Below, in pieces: positions 1 through 13,155 of a DNA stretch of 64,000 bases (positions within the stretch are counted from its first letter, which is position 1; the number at the start of each line of letters is the position of its first letter). Source of the DNA: Selaginella moellendorffii (lineage: Eukaryota; Plantae; Lycopodiophyta); contig NW_003314289.1 of the NCBI RefSeq assembly GCF_000143415.4, positions 1,544,293 through 1,608,292 of the forward strand, given 5' to 3'. The translations under genes and the position numbers were made by a program. The notes below the pieces were generated by a model that did not search any database, was not told the DNA's origin, and worked only from the letters and a program-made list of their open reading frames with translations.

Positions 1-149
1 GATAAAAAGAGACGTTCGATGTGGGCATCGAACTTCTTCTATGGGTGGTGGAGTTGTAAGGAACCAACTTGCCGAGGTGTCGTAGGCTAAAGGAACCCTA
101 AAAGCATGACCAAAATGACAAAGAGTTCATCGGATGGGACCAAGTTGAA

Positions 150-426
150 GATCGAGTCCAAGACCGACTCTAGGACCGAGTTCGAGATAGAGTCCGAAAT
201 CAAGTCTGAGACCGACTCGGGGACCGAGTTCGAGTCCGAGTTCGAGACTGAGTTCGAGACGGAGTCCGAGATCCGAAATCGGGTCTGAGACCGAGTCCGC
301 GATCGAGTCCGAGACCGAATCCGAAGTCGGATCCGAAGTCGGATCCGAAATCGGGTCCGAGACCGAATCTGAAGTCGGATCCGAAATCGGATCCGAGATC
401 GAGCCAAAGACTAAGTCCAAATACTA
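150..426. repeat. Degenerate hexamer-based minisatellite (gtccga/gaccga/atccga/ttcga units) running into an assembly gap
   Basis: Repeated ccga/tcga hexamers are visible directly. The low-complexity ORFs in several frames are by-products. Confidence 0.85.
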
Positions 427-427
427 A

Positions 428-527
428 NNNNNNNNNNNNNNNNNNNNNNNNNNNNNNNNNNNNNNNNNNNNNNNNNNNNNNNNNNNNNNNNNNNNNNNNN
501 NNNNNNNNNNNNNNNNNNNNNNNNNNN
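428..527. other. Assembly gap (N run)
   Basis: About 100 N bases. Confidence 0.99.
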
Positions 528-552
528 CGTGCATCTCCCAGGGGGGGGGGGC

Positions 553-1285
553 TGCAGGGGGTTCCAAAAGTATAGTAGAGATAGTGAGGTCTAGGAACCA
601 GTCTTGAAGGAACTCTCCAGTGGTGCTTCCAAACTGACTTGAGGTTGAGATTGGGGCCGAGGGGCCTTGGGTGGGAGTGAGCATGGGCTTGGGTGGTGCC
701 GGAGGGGCCACCCAGGGAAGTGCTCAAGAGCAGCTCCCACTCCCAAAAGGGAAACCGACTGTGGTGCTCCCGGCTCAGGTGGAGTGGTGCCCCACTTGAG
801 TACCTTGTGGCTCATTGGTCCTCGCCCTTCCTAGGGGCTTGGGCCTTCCCTTCGGGATGGAAGTGGGGGGGTAGAGGTACCCATACCGGGCCGTTAGGCC
901 ACGGTGTTTCGCCCCGACGTCCCGAAGCAAGTGTTGCACCCAAGGCTTGGGATTTAGAGGGTCTCATGATCAAGTCTTGTGGTACCTAGGGGTGTTAGGA
1001 ATCTGGAGGCTTGGTGTGCTTGGCTGCTTGTGCCTGCGGGGAGTGTAGCAAAACCTTAAGTCCAGTCTAACCCGGGGAGGGGATTGGGAGAGATTTGGGA
1101 ATCCGTAGATGGATGGCTAACACTCCGTTGCTTGTGCAGTGAGTAGCTGAAACCAAGTAGGACCAAGTAGGAGCTAGTACCATAGGCGAGAACCTTGGCG
1201 AGGGAACTTAGCACAAGCCAAAGCAAAGTTGGTTGGATAGACGAGGTAAGCTGGCAAATTGGAAAGGAAAAATTTGTGGCTTACA
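553..1285 (+). mobile_element. Probable LTR preceded by a poly-G polypurine tract
   Basis: G-run at 541-551, then tgcagggggttccaaaagtatagt, which resembles tgtagggggttccaaatgtatagt at 7790. Ends ...ggcttaca. Confidence 0.4.
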
Positions 1286-2670
1286 CATTTGAGTAAAGTA
1301 GTCAGTGAGTTTGGGTAATTGGTTGAGCATGCTCAGGCTCAGGATGCTGAGGTGGCCTTTTTGCGAGACCAGATGGAAGCTCCTTTCTTATTAGTGGATG
1401 GGATTTTTCACTACAATGGCCGTGTATATTTACATTGGATGCATTAATTACTCAAGTTTTATTCCACTATCATGATCGTCCAAAGGCCGGTCATTTTGGG
1501 AGGAAGAAGACGTATGAGTTGATTAAGCGCAACTTTTATTGGAGGAATACGAAGGCTAATATCCTCAAGTATTGTAAATCATGCAAGCTTTGTTAGCGGG
1601 TTAAGGTGCCACGAGAGAAGCCGAGGGACTTTTGCAACCTTTACCTATTCCTCAGAGCTATTGGTGTAGTATCTTTATGGACTTCATCACTTGTTTGCCA
1701 TGAACAAAGAGGCAAAAGGAGCAAGTATGGGTCATAGTGGATCGGTTGACAAAATATGTGTGGCTGTTGGTTCTTCGAAAGACTGTCACTGCCTCAGACT
1801 TGGCTGTGGTTTACTTGGAGAAGGTTTTTCCTGATTTTATGAAAGTAGTGATCTCTCATTAATTTTGACTTAGTCTTGGTAGTCTTGTGCCTTGGCTGAG
1901 GATGGTGGGGTCCGACTCTCACATTGAGCAAGCCGGCCAGGAAAGCTATGCTGGTGCCGAGATCCTTGAAAAAACTGATGGTAGCAAGTGACTTTGAAAC
2001 TCTCAAGTGGAGATCATCCTCAGACGGATGGGCAAATTGAGCGTGTGAATCAGGTGGTGGAGGATATACTACGTTGTAGCATTGGTCAAAGGCAAGGACA
2101 GTGGGATTTATATCTTCTGTTGGTGCAATTTTCTTACAACAATAGCCAACATAGTGGAACCAAGTTAAGTCCTTACTTTGCCATATTTGGAAGGCATCCT
2201 CGAACAGCGGTGGAGTTAGGATTGCATTTGAGCAAGGACGTTCAAGATAAGCTTGATTCCGAGGCAACTGATTTGGCCACAAAACTTGATGAGATTCTGG
2301 TGGTGTGCAAACAGAATTTGCAAGCATCTCAGGATAGAGCAGAGAAGTTTGCCAATGAGCATCGCCAATTCTGGGAATATAAGGTGGGTGATCTCGTCTT
2401 TGTGTACGTGATCTTTCCGTCAAATGAGCGGCAGAACACCTTGGTGCCTTTACAGATAGGGAAGAGTGATAAACTTTTCTATTGATATACTAATCCATAT
2501 GAAGTGCTGGAGCACATTGGTAAAGCGGCTTATAGGGTGTGGCTGCCAGCTGGGGTGAAAATTCATCTGGTATTTTATGTCAGCCAGTTGAAAGGTGTAC
2601 TATCTTGGAGTGACGGGCCCAATGCCTCCTTGATGTATACGGTTGTGGAAGATGGACTAGGAGCTTGAGC
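1286..2670 (+). mobile_element. Degenerate Ty3/gypsy integrase region
   Basis: HDRPKAGHFGRKKTYELIKRNFYW (HHCC zinc region), MDFITCLP, VDRLTK and SSGDHPQTDGQIERVNQ. Contains stops and frameshifts. Confidence 0.9.
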
Positions 2671-2729
2671 AGGGTTCCCCAGAAAGGGTGATCACTGGTA
2701 CAACTCGTCCTTGGGACAAGGACTTTGTT

Positions 2730-2979
2730 GGGGGGGAAGAATTGTTAGGCACCAGCTTTGACTACATGGTCAACGTCGGTCAAAGGGAGGCTCAAGGGTA
2801 TATTAAGGCATGTTAGGGTAAGGGACTTAACCTACCCTAGTGGAGTGGCGACGCAGTGGAGCTTTTGAGATAGCTCGGGGGTAGTTGGGTGGTGAGGAAC
2901 CTCAAGAGGTGGCGTAGCATAGTCTAGGGCTACTAGATCTCTGTCTTTTTGCGCCGGATCATAACATTGGTATCAGAGC
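2730..2979 (+). mobile_element. PPT + 224-bp LTR (2743-2966) + tRNA-iMet primer binding site
   Basis: gggggggaagaa PPT; LTR termini TGTTA...TAACA; TGGTATCAGAGC at 2968-2979. Confidence 0.85.
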
Positions 2980-3169
2980 CCAGTTTGATTCTCATGGCTG
3001 ATGAGTGGGGCAAGAATATTCTAAAGGAATATTTAACATGGTGGATCTAGAGGGAGAACTAAGGTTTGGTAGACCCTAAGAGAAGGACCATGGTGACCAG
3101 AGGGTGGCCTGAGTATGATTGCGGACGATCATTCTCTGATGAGGGGGGGGGGGGATTATCTTTGACCAG

Positions 3170-5640
3170 GTCAGGAGAATAGAATAAGGAAAGGGCCCTG
3201 CAATCAAGTGATCACCCCTTTAGCTAGTTGGCTTAGGGTGTTTGGGATAGGATCCTAACATCCTCCCATGTCCCCTCCGAGTGAATCAAGACATCATCAA
3301 TAATGTCAGCAGTCACCTTTGGCATATTGCAAAGAACCTCATTCATCATTCATTGGAACGTTGCTGGAGTATTGTTCAAACCAAACGGCATCACCAAGAA
3401 CTCGTACAAACAATGTACGAAAAGTAGTCTTAGGAATATCTTCTTCGGCCATCAGTACTTGCCAGTACCTAGAAGCAAGATATAGCTTGGTGAACCAACG
3501 ACTTTGCCCCAGATGATCCAAGAGATTAGCAGTGTGAGGAAGAGGGTACACATCTGGGATCGTCACTTTGTTTAACGGATGATAGTCGATGCAGAAACAA
3601 ATACTCCTATCAGGCTTCATCACAAGATGAAGTTCATATGCCCAAGGACTCCGCGACTTCTGAATAACACCCTTCTCCAACATCTCCTTGATGTTTACAC
3701 GTAAAATCTTGATCTCTTTGGGTGACCAACGATGAACAGGAGCCTTGATTGGACGTGCATCCCCGGTTAGAATGGGATGACGTGTGGCAATCTTGGCCCT
3801 AGACGATAGGTCAAATTCAAAGAGATTAGAATACTCTTTCATGAGCCGGTCAACCACTACAACATAAAGATTGTCGGAGCGATCAGAAAAGGGAAAAGCA
3901 GAGCAAGATGGAAACATAGGAGGGAGGAATGGGGGGACAAAAGTAATGAAAGCAGAGGTAAAAGTAGAGGGACGAAGAGGTATGAAAGTGAGAGGAATAG
4001 ATAAAACATAAAGAAGTATGAGACAAGGAGGAGAAGCCTCAAAGTCACACTTGGCATGATTGCGCTGCAACCAATCTATACCATGAATGAGATCAAATGT
4101 TTGACTCGGCACCAACTGCAATGACTATAGCTCAAGCTCGAGATTGCCCACACGCACAACTAAGTCCGCCTCATCCCGTGCACATGCATGTATACAGCCA
4201 TTGCCATAAAGAATGAAAATTGGTTCTACCGCACGATGCAAGTGTAGACGGCAATGTGTGGCAACAGGTGGAGCAATAGAAGATAAGTTCGAACCTGTAT
4301 CAACCAACATGGAGAGAATAATAGGAGACCTCTTTTTATAGAAACGAGCTTGGAAAGTAAACATTGGATGAACCGGTGCCGAGTGAACCCCTTGATGATA
4401 CTCTCTAAAGAAAAATGGAGAGGTCACTAACTTATTCGCACAAGGTCCCTCCATTACTCGCTCGACTCTTTGTTTCTCAAATGCATCTTGGTGTCCAAAC
4501 CTTCCACTGCAGCAGCACCAACAGGACGTTGTTGATGCCAAGGTCTCCACCCAGGAAATGGAAGTCGCTAATCCAGAAAACACCAACAATGAAGATAAGT
4601 GTGACCAACTTCATCACATGCCCATCAGTGAACATCACGGCCACGTCCTCACCCTTGTCCTTGGACTCAAGCAGCAGCAGCATCAACCTCCATTGGAACA
4701 GGACCATCACCCACAGGGAGTGGAGTAGAAGGACGTGTAGTGAGAAGTGGAAGAGGCAACATTTCATAACGTTGTGCTAGGCGAAGAGCGTCATCAAGGG
4801 TGGCTAGAGAAAGTGCATGCACAAGTCCAACAAGATCTTGACGAAGTGCTGGCCACAACATTTCTAGCTTGATCTGCTTCAACATATTTGGCTCCGCATG
4901 AAGCAAGAGGCTTTGGAAACAAATGCTAAATTGCATCACCGACTCAGATGGCCCTTGACAAAGATGATGCAATTGCTAGAAGACATCATCACAATCATAG
5001 GCATGTCCGAATATGCATTTGAAGACATCTGGAAGAACACTCCAATCCCCACGAGTGGCTACACTCAAACCATTGTACCACTGCAGCGCTGTCCCTTGGA
5101 GACACGTGGGAAACTCATGCAAACGTCGAGCATCATCCCAAGAATGATATGTGGCAATCACCATGAAATGATCAAACCAATGGTATACATCATCCCCAAA
5201 ATTCCCACGAAAGAACTCTAGCCGAACGTGAGGATTGGCACCAAGAGCAGGAGGAGTTGTACCATGTGCCATGAATGCCGCTATCAACTGAGTTTGGTTG
5301 TCCAATTGCAATCATATAGCATCAAGCAATTGCACCAACTGCTGCTCCATAGTTGGAGGAGGAGACTGCTACTCTACCATGAAGATGAATGAAAAGGAAA
5401 AAGCAAAAGAAGGGAAATGAGGAAGAACTGGAAGGAAAGGGAGAACTAAACAATGGAAAAGCTAGATTTAAACTAGAATCTTGAGAGGGAAGCACAAAAG
5501 AAAGGGAATGGAAAAAGCTAAATCGAGATGATGCAAACATTTTCTTCCCTCTCAGGATTGTGGCAAATTCTGGCATAAGTACCCTATAGAGGTACTGAGC
5601 TGGGTAACCTCTCGGGAAGTCCAAACTTAGGAACTTATGT
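3170..5640 (-). mobile_element. Degenerate Ty3/gypsy gag-protease-RT with LTR fragments at both ends
   Basis: gag-like ORF 4976-5311 (LQGTALQWY), PVPMEVD, protease VDTGS, RT SRSPW/FCIDY..LNKVTIPDVYPLP/YWQV, and IDDVLIHS near 3280-3300. Confidence 0.9.
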
Positions 5641-5761
5641 GTGGGTGATTATACACTTCTAGGGGGTGCACTCTTATTCTTGAGCCCTTTCCCTCTATAT
5701 TTAAACTCCTATGGATCGTTTCTTAAGTTGTTTTCTTTGGTTGCTTACACAGAAACTTCCC

Positions 5762-6220
5762 GTTAGTGCTGCTGTAGTGGAAGATTTGGACACCAAGATG
5801 CATTCGAGAAAAAAAGAGTCACATGAGTAACAGAGGGACCTTGTGCAAATAAGTTAGTGACCCCTCCATATTTCTTTTGGGAGTATCATCAAGGGGTTCA
5901 CTTAGCACCGGTTCATCAAGTGTTTACTTTCCAAGCTTGTTTTTATAACAAGAGGTCTTCTATTATCCTCTTTGTATTGGTTGATACAGGTTTGAGTTTA
6001 TCTTTTATTGCTCGATTTGTTGCCACACATTGCCGTCTACACTTGCATCATGCAGCAGAACCAATTTTCATTCTTTATGGCAACGGCTGTATATATGCAT
6101 GTGCACAGGATGAGGCGGACCTAGTTGTGTGTGTGGGCAATCTTGAGCTTGAGCTGCAGTCATTGCAGTTGGTGCCGAGTCAAGCTTTTGATCTCATTCT
6201 TGGTATAAATTAGTTGCAAT
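5762..6220 (+). mobile_element. Second copy of the gypsy protease region, inverted relative to 4065-4520
   Basis: ORF 5857-6213 (LVDTGLS...PIFILYGNG) nearly matches the 4125-4589 minus-strand ORF. Confidence 0.9.
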
Positions 6221-7196
6221 GGATGCCATCCTTGGGGCTAGCAAGCCCCAAGTCCTAAATTGGATTTATGGAGGTTGTGAACGAGACTCCTCCAAGTGGT
6301 TAGAGGTGTGGTTAAGTGACTAAAGTAAAATGAAAAATTGAGTTGCTTACAATTTGGTATTGGAGTTATTCCTTACTCTTTACAAAATCACAAAACTCAA
6401 TACTATAATGGCACCTCATGAAGTTTATGAAGTGATAATGCGTTATTAACCAAAGTGGAATACCAAGGTTAGCTGGAGGTGGTGATGATCATTGATATGT
6501 TAATTACAATATCCTCATTAGTGTCGAATTCAACTTTTTTTGTTCTCTTGGCTTCAACAACCTTTTCAGGTGGTATTATTTTCGTTTTTTGTAAGAATTT
6601 TTGTTTTGTTAGTCAAACTATAATAATAACAAATAAGATAAAGGATAAGATAATCGTAAATTCAAACAATCAAAGATAAAAAGACAAGAAGTTTGACCTC
6701 GAGCACTTTGTGTTCTCGGTTGGCCAGGGTTATTCAAATAACCCTAGCCCCTTGGGCACAAAAACTGCTCAAGGTGGCCTGTATCAAGTGTTGTGGCAAG
6801 TTAGACTGCAAGTTTATGAAATTTGATATAACATATAACAAGGTAATCCTCCAAAATTTATATATATGTAATAGCTAAATCACTTTATATAAAGAGAACA
6901 AGAATAATTAGCACTATCTATAGATCTAGTGTGGGTGTTTCTTCTTGATGTTCCTTCAAATCCTAGTCCATCAACTAAAGAACCTTAATTGCTTTCCATC
7001 CTTCTGAGAGAAGGGAATGATGTCAGGTCCAAGTGTATAATTACAATGTTGTATATTAATATTAGTGTAGTGGGATTTTGATAGCCATTAAATTGGTTTC
7101 AATTCTGACTATTCACTCCTATATATAAGCTATGCTTTTTAGGCTAATTAACATATATATTTTTGTATTCCATTTAATAAATTTAAAATCACTTAC

Positions 7197-10100
7197 TGTC
7201 GCGAATGTGACTTCGGGTATCGAAAGTTACCTGTTAGCCAGTCCTTACGGACACTCTTTCCTTACTGCCACGATGGCAGGAGGTTGGTATTGCTGGACCC
7301 TTTATCAGCCGCTCTTGTTCAAGTGTTAGTAAATTGGACTTTGCATCTGTACTTGGCCGGATGAGCATAAGGATGGAATTCCTAAGTGTCTATTTAGCCA
7401 AGCATACTTGGCCTGGCTTTTTAGCTCTCTTTTGCTCTGTCTTGCACTGGTTTGACAAGAACTCTTGCGTATTGAGATTAGTCCCTCAATAATACTGGAT
7501 GATAGCTTATTGTGTCTGCCAAACACCCTCGCTATCATGCCCTTTGTGTTAGTCTCATTTCGGTCCCAAATGTTATTTATGGAAAGTGTCTAGAATTGCT
7601 CATTTGGCATATCTACGAAATGTAGAGATTGACCTGAACACAATGGTGTTCATCTCTTGTCCAAATTCACAATCTAGCACCATTCTATATTTAGTAAGTT
7701 TCGAGCTTGTCCCAGAGACTAACTCCTAGTACTAAGGGAGGCTTGGGGTGAAAGCCCAAAGAGTGTGTTCCTCAAAGGGGAAGGGGGACTGTAGGGGGTT
7801 CCAAATGTATAGTAAGGATAGTGGGTAGGTCGGGCATGCCTAACCAACTTGAGGCATAGTTTAGCTCCCGCTTGCATGCCTATCTTTGTTCTGCGTCCGG
7901 CTTGGGTCTAAGCCCAAGTTCCATTCCATGCTAGCTGGTGGAGTACCTATGTCCTGGTGTTAGGCCACTGGTATGCTGAAACAGCGCCAAACTTCGTTTG
8001 GCTCCATTTTGCGTGCTGGCCCTAGCATTGGGATGCTGGTTGCTTTAGGATTATTCCAAGTCATTTCAGGCTCCTATCCCTTCACTCCTTGGGTTGTATG
8101 CTCAGGAGTTGCTCCGTGGTCCTGTTCCATCACTCCTTGGCTCCATGTTTGGGAGTTTGGCACCGTTCCTTTGTTTAGTGGCCGAAAGCCCTGAACCTCG
8201 GGTTTCACACCACTATCCTATGGACATGTGGCATGTGACATGTGGCATAAAGAGGGTTTAGATTTTTCTTTGTGGTGTTATCCTATGGTAAATCACCATA
8301 GGATAAAGGGTCAAAACCACGTGTGCTATATTTGGTATCAAAGGATGAGTCTCAGCAAGTACTATACAATGAGATTGGGCAACTAGTCTCGTTGCATATG
8401 CAAAGATGAAAATGATGATCCGAGTGGGTACATGTTTGGGTGCAAAGGCTTCGCAATTGTTCCTTGGGTATGGATTTTGGTTACTTTTTTGTACTGCATT
8501 GTATGAGCTTGCTCTTGGGCTCATAAGATGGATTGAGGTGTTCCGTTTGCATGAGTTTTCGCTTGGGCTCATGAGTGAGGCTCATTAACAACTCAAGGTT
8601 ACGTTTTGAGTTGGTAGGATTAATGTTAGCCTATCGATGCTTAGTTAAATAATGATCAACCCCAAAGTAGTTGATAGTGAAGCTAGTCTACTTGCACAAA
8701 GTAGCATTATAGTAGCTTTGACTAAATTCTCAATAATGGTCCATTATGCTAAGCTTATGTTGGTACCTTGTTTCCTTGAGGGTTTGTCCATTAAGGTGTT
8801 GGAAAAGGGTTATAGCATTCATTTGCTATGGCTTATCGGTTGATTAGTTACCACTTGGAGTAGATCGTTGGATGGAGAAGGTGTGTAGTTAAGGCTTTGA
8901 TATCACTAGCACTTTTGTTAGTGGAAGTGGCATTGTTGTTTGAGTGATGAGGAATTTTCCATAGAACTTGATTTTCCATGTCATTTTTTTTGTTAGTGTT
9001 TTGGCTTCATATTAGATCTTGAAGGTGGTTGAAGAAAGTATTAGTGTAATGTGAATATTTGAAAAGGTGGTCTTCATGATCAAGCCTTGGATGTTCACTT
9101 TGCATTTTGCGAATGTCGGTGTTAGATATTAGTTATATAGGTAAAAAATGTTCGAGGCTTAAGCATACTATGGGTCATGAAAATTTGTGTTAGGGTGAAC
9201 CTATGTGAAGTTGTTAGTAGGAGGAAGTTGGTTAAGTTTTGAAAGTTTGCATTCCTGGATTGAGAGTCATTCTTTTTCTAGGATGGAAAATTTCCACAAA
9301 TTTTCTTAAGCTTTTCCAAAGGCTAATCTGTTGATCACTTTGTCTAAAAACTATTTTTTTTTTGTAAGTCAGTACAAACTAGTGAAGGGGTTGGAATTGA
9401 CTTTGGTTAGCTTAGACCTTAGTAGGTAATTTGTATGATGTAGCCTGAAAGGGATGCTGACTTTTAAGGCTAAAGCAATTGAGTTGGATAGAGTCTAGAG
9501 TTAGTGTAGAAAAGTGGCCGTTGTGCTTTTCTAAGAAAGGTGACCCTTATGCCTTTCTTTTGTAGTGTTATGCTTGGTGGCATGTTACACTTTGCATTTT
9601 GTTAAACTCTATGAGAGTAGTGAGCTCTCACTAATCTTGACTTAGTCTTGGTAGCCTTGCACCTTGACTGAGGATAATGATGTCCAACTTTGTTATTTAA
9701 GGTTAGGATGTTAGTACCTGTACTATAGCTTTGTCTATGAGGAGGTTGTGTACCGATATGAGTCCATCTCATGGTCTTTATTTTAGTTTCGACTAAGTGT
9801 TGGTCATGCATAGCTAGCCTCTTCAAAGCATGCTTAGAGCTATTGGCTAAACTCATTTGTGAGCTTATTGCGGTTGAGTTGGATTTGAGTGGTCATTTAG
9901 TTTGTCCTTGTCCATGAACCTTTATCTCATACCTGGGGTGTTACGTTCATATTGGACAAGTATATAACTCGATAATATGAGTTTAGTGTTTGGGTTTTGT
10001 GAAGGCAAGTTGAAGAGTGATTGTTGGTTGCTTTGCAACTAGTGATTGCTTGTAGACTTTGTCAAGGACTTTTGACACTTGCTTCACTCGATGAAGATTT

Positions 10101-13100
10101 AGTAGTGATGGGCTTGCTTTACCAGATGATGTTGCGAAGGATTGTGTCGTTAGACTTACATGGGTTTTCCATGTTAGCATATCGATTCTACCTTTGTCGA
10201 TATCATTTGGTTATGTTTAGTCTGTAGTGTTGGATTTTATTAAGTCTTGGATGTGGTGATTCACTCCTTGAGGAAGTGTTATTTGTAACTGAGTTTTGCT
10301 GAAGGATTGGTCTCAGATACTAAGTTAAGTATCTTCGACTTTGGTTAGCTTGGTTGCAAGAGAGTTTTGAGTGGTGGTTTCACTTTTGCTATCTTTTAGC
10401 TTTGTTATGGTGCTGATGGCATTAATGTGATGCCTTGTCGTTGACATTATTTGATGTTGAGATTCGAGTGAAATGAGATGTCTCTCCATAGAATTGATAT
10501 TGAGTTTCATTAGTCTCGATGCAATTAGTGTTGATGATTAGTTATAGCTTTGTGTTATTAGCATTAGTGCAATTGCTAGTTAACAATTGTAGTGATGTTC
10601 AAATGAGTTGAATGGCAAGTTTGAGTTAGTTGTGTTCTGGACGAGATTGTTTAGTAGGGGTTGAGCTTTGAGCTTTTCCTTGAAAAATGATTTAGTCGTG
10701 GACTATGCTAACTCTACAAGTGGAAGAGTTAGTGATCAATATTGGAATGTTTAAATCCTTATTAGATTTGAGTTGGAATATATCAATCATTAATGATTCT
10801 TCTTGTGCTTGTTATGAAGTGAGTTATGTCTTGCTATAAATGGATTCATGGAGGATTAGTTTAGTGGTCATTTGTTGAGCATAACTTCGTTATGCTTAGA
10901 TTTTGAATTGATGCAAATATGCTCTTCATTAGCTTTGCATTATGAAGTTTGGCTTCTAAATGTGTTGAGGAGGATATTGTGATTTATACCATGATTTCTT
11001 ATTTAGCATTAAAGTTAATTCATGCAAGACTCGTGGTCATTATTTTGGCTATAGACTTCTTCGAGCTTTTGGTTCTTTGAGTTTTGTGCTCATTGTTCCA
11101 TTTGTTAGAAGTTGTTGGGGAAGGCATTTTAACTTATTAGCTTCGATATTGAAGTTAGTATATGCATTTGGCAATCATTGGTGATGATTGACTATCATCT
11201 AGGATAGTTGATTATCCTTGTCAAAAGGATTTGCTTGATTATTGTTGATATTGAATAATTTGCCGTTCTTCAGGATGGTGTATTCTTTCTTTAATGATGA
11301 TTATGCATCTCTTTCTTGATGAAATGATTGATGTTCTTTCATGATAGTTAGTTGTTCTCTTTGATGGCTTATGGCTTTTCGCAATACCACATGTTCTTTG
11401 TGGTTTGCTCTGGATTAGTCTCTTGGGTTTGACACATCAAAGTAGGATGTTGCAAACACTTGCTTGAGCAACTCTGATTCCTTAGTATTGTTGACTAGAA
11501 TTTATTCAAATTAGCTAGTGTGATAGTTAGAAGGATTGAGTGGCTGTTGGTTTTACCACATTCATTCTATTCTATTGATTGTTGCCAGGTTAGCTTTGAT
11601 AGATTAGGATGTTATTTCCTTTAGGTAATACATTTGTGAGCATTTTGCTTACCAATTGATGATACTTTGTGTTCTTTGAGTTTTCATTCGTAAGTTGTTT
11701 GGCATACTGTCTGCAACCTTTGATAGTTAAGTTTTTTATCATTCAGTTTCCTTGATGATATCCTTGCTATTGAATGTTGTTGGATGGTGAATCCTATGTT
11801 TTCCAATGATAGTGATCTTGGTGGTTCCAATCTTATAATACTGATTTATCAGATGATAACTTACTTGGGATAGTTTTGTGTTCTAATCTAATATATATTC
11901 ACTAGTAATTAAGTCTCTAAGATATCATTGTTTATGACTTTGATATTGTCCAATATAGCCTTTAGCTTCTCTCTCTATATCCCTGCGGGCAGAGGCGTAT
12001 CACACTTTTGTAAGCTGGGTGACACCCAGAGCAGCAAGGGTGGCTGACTCCGTTGGTCATTCCCTTGTCGGTGACGGCCGAAAGGTGTCTGAGCTGGTAG
12101 CGCATTCGCGTTAGACAAAAAGGTTGCCTCCTAACTCATTTAAGTTGGTGCATTTCTCATATAGTGTGAGTACCGTGAACTTTTTTTGGAGTTGTTTCTT
12201 TGGCGGTATTCTAAACTCGCTCGAGTATGCATCGACAAGGAAGTCGATCTTCCCTAGGGGGGGAGAGTGTTGCGAATGTGACTTTGGGTATCAAAAGTTA
12301 CCTGTCTACCAATCCTTACGGACACTTTTTTCTTACTGCCACGATAGTAGGAAATTAGTATTGCTGAACCCTTTATTAGCTGTTCTTGGTCAAGTGTTAA
12401 TAAACTGGACTTTGCATCTGTACTTGGCCGGATGAGCATAAGGACGGAATTCCTAAGTGTTTATTTAGCCAAGCATACTTGGCCTGGCTTTTTAGCTCTC
12501 TTTTACTCTGTCTTGCACTAGTTTGACAAGAACTCTTGCGTATTGAGACTAGTCCCTCAATAATGCTGGATGATAGCTTACTGTGCCTGCCAAACACCCT
12601 CACTATCATGCCCTTTGTGTTAGTCTCATTTCAGTCCCAAATACTATTTATAGAAAGTGTCTAGAATTGCTCATTTGGCATATCTACAAAATGTAGAGAT
12701 TGACCTGAATACAATGGTTTGGTGTCCGGCTTGAGTCTAAGCCCAAGTTCCATTCCATGCTAGCTAGTGGAGTACCTATGTCTTGGCATTAAGCCACCGG
12801 TATGCCGAAATAGAGCCAAACTTCGTTTGGCTCTATTTTGCGTGCTAGCCCTGGCATTGAGATGTTGGTTGCTCCAGGACTGTTGCAAGTCGCTCCAGGC
12901 TCCTGTCCCTTCGCTCCTTGGTTGTATGCTCGGGAGTTGCTCCGTGGTCCAGTTCCATCACTCGGCTCTATGTTTGGGAGTTTGGCATTGTTCCTTCGTT
13001 CAGTGGCCCAAGGCCCTGAACCTCGGGTTCCGCACCACTGTCCTATGGACACGTGGCATATGTCACGTGGCATAAAGAGGGTTTAGGTTCTGCTTCGTGG

Positions 13101-13155
13101 TGTTATCCTATGGTAAATCAACATAGGATAAAGGGTCAAAACCACATGCACTACA
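7197..13155 (+). mobile_element. Structurally complete non-autonomous/decayed LTR retrotransposon
   Basis: 5' LTR 7197-8330, PBS tggtatcaaag at 8333, PPT agggggggagag at 12256-12267, 3' LTR 12268-13155 with an internal deletion. CTTAC TSD at 7192-7196 and 13156-13160. Confidence 0.9.

Noticed and set aside
87-727. RS-rich and acidic ORFs at the window start
   Set aside because: They are translations of a hexamer minisatellite, and some span the N gap.
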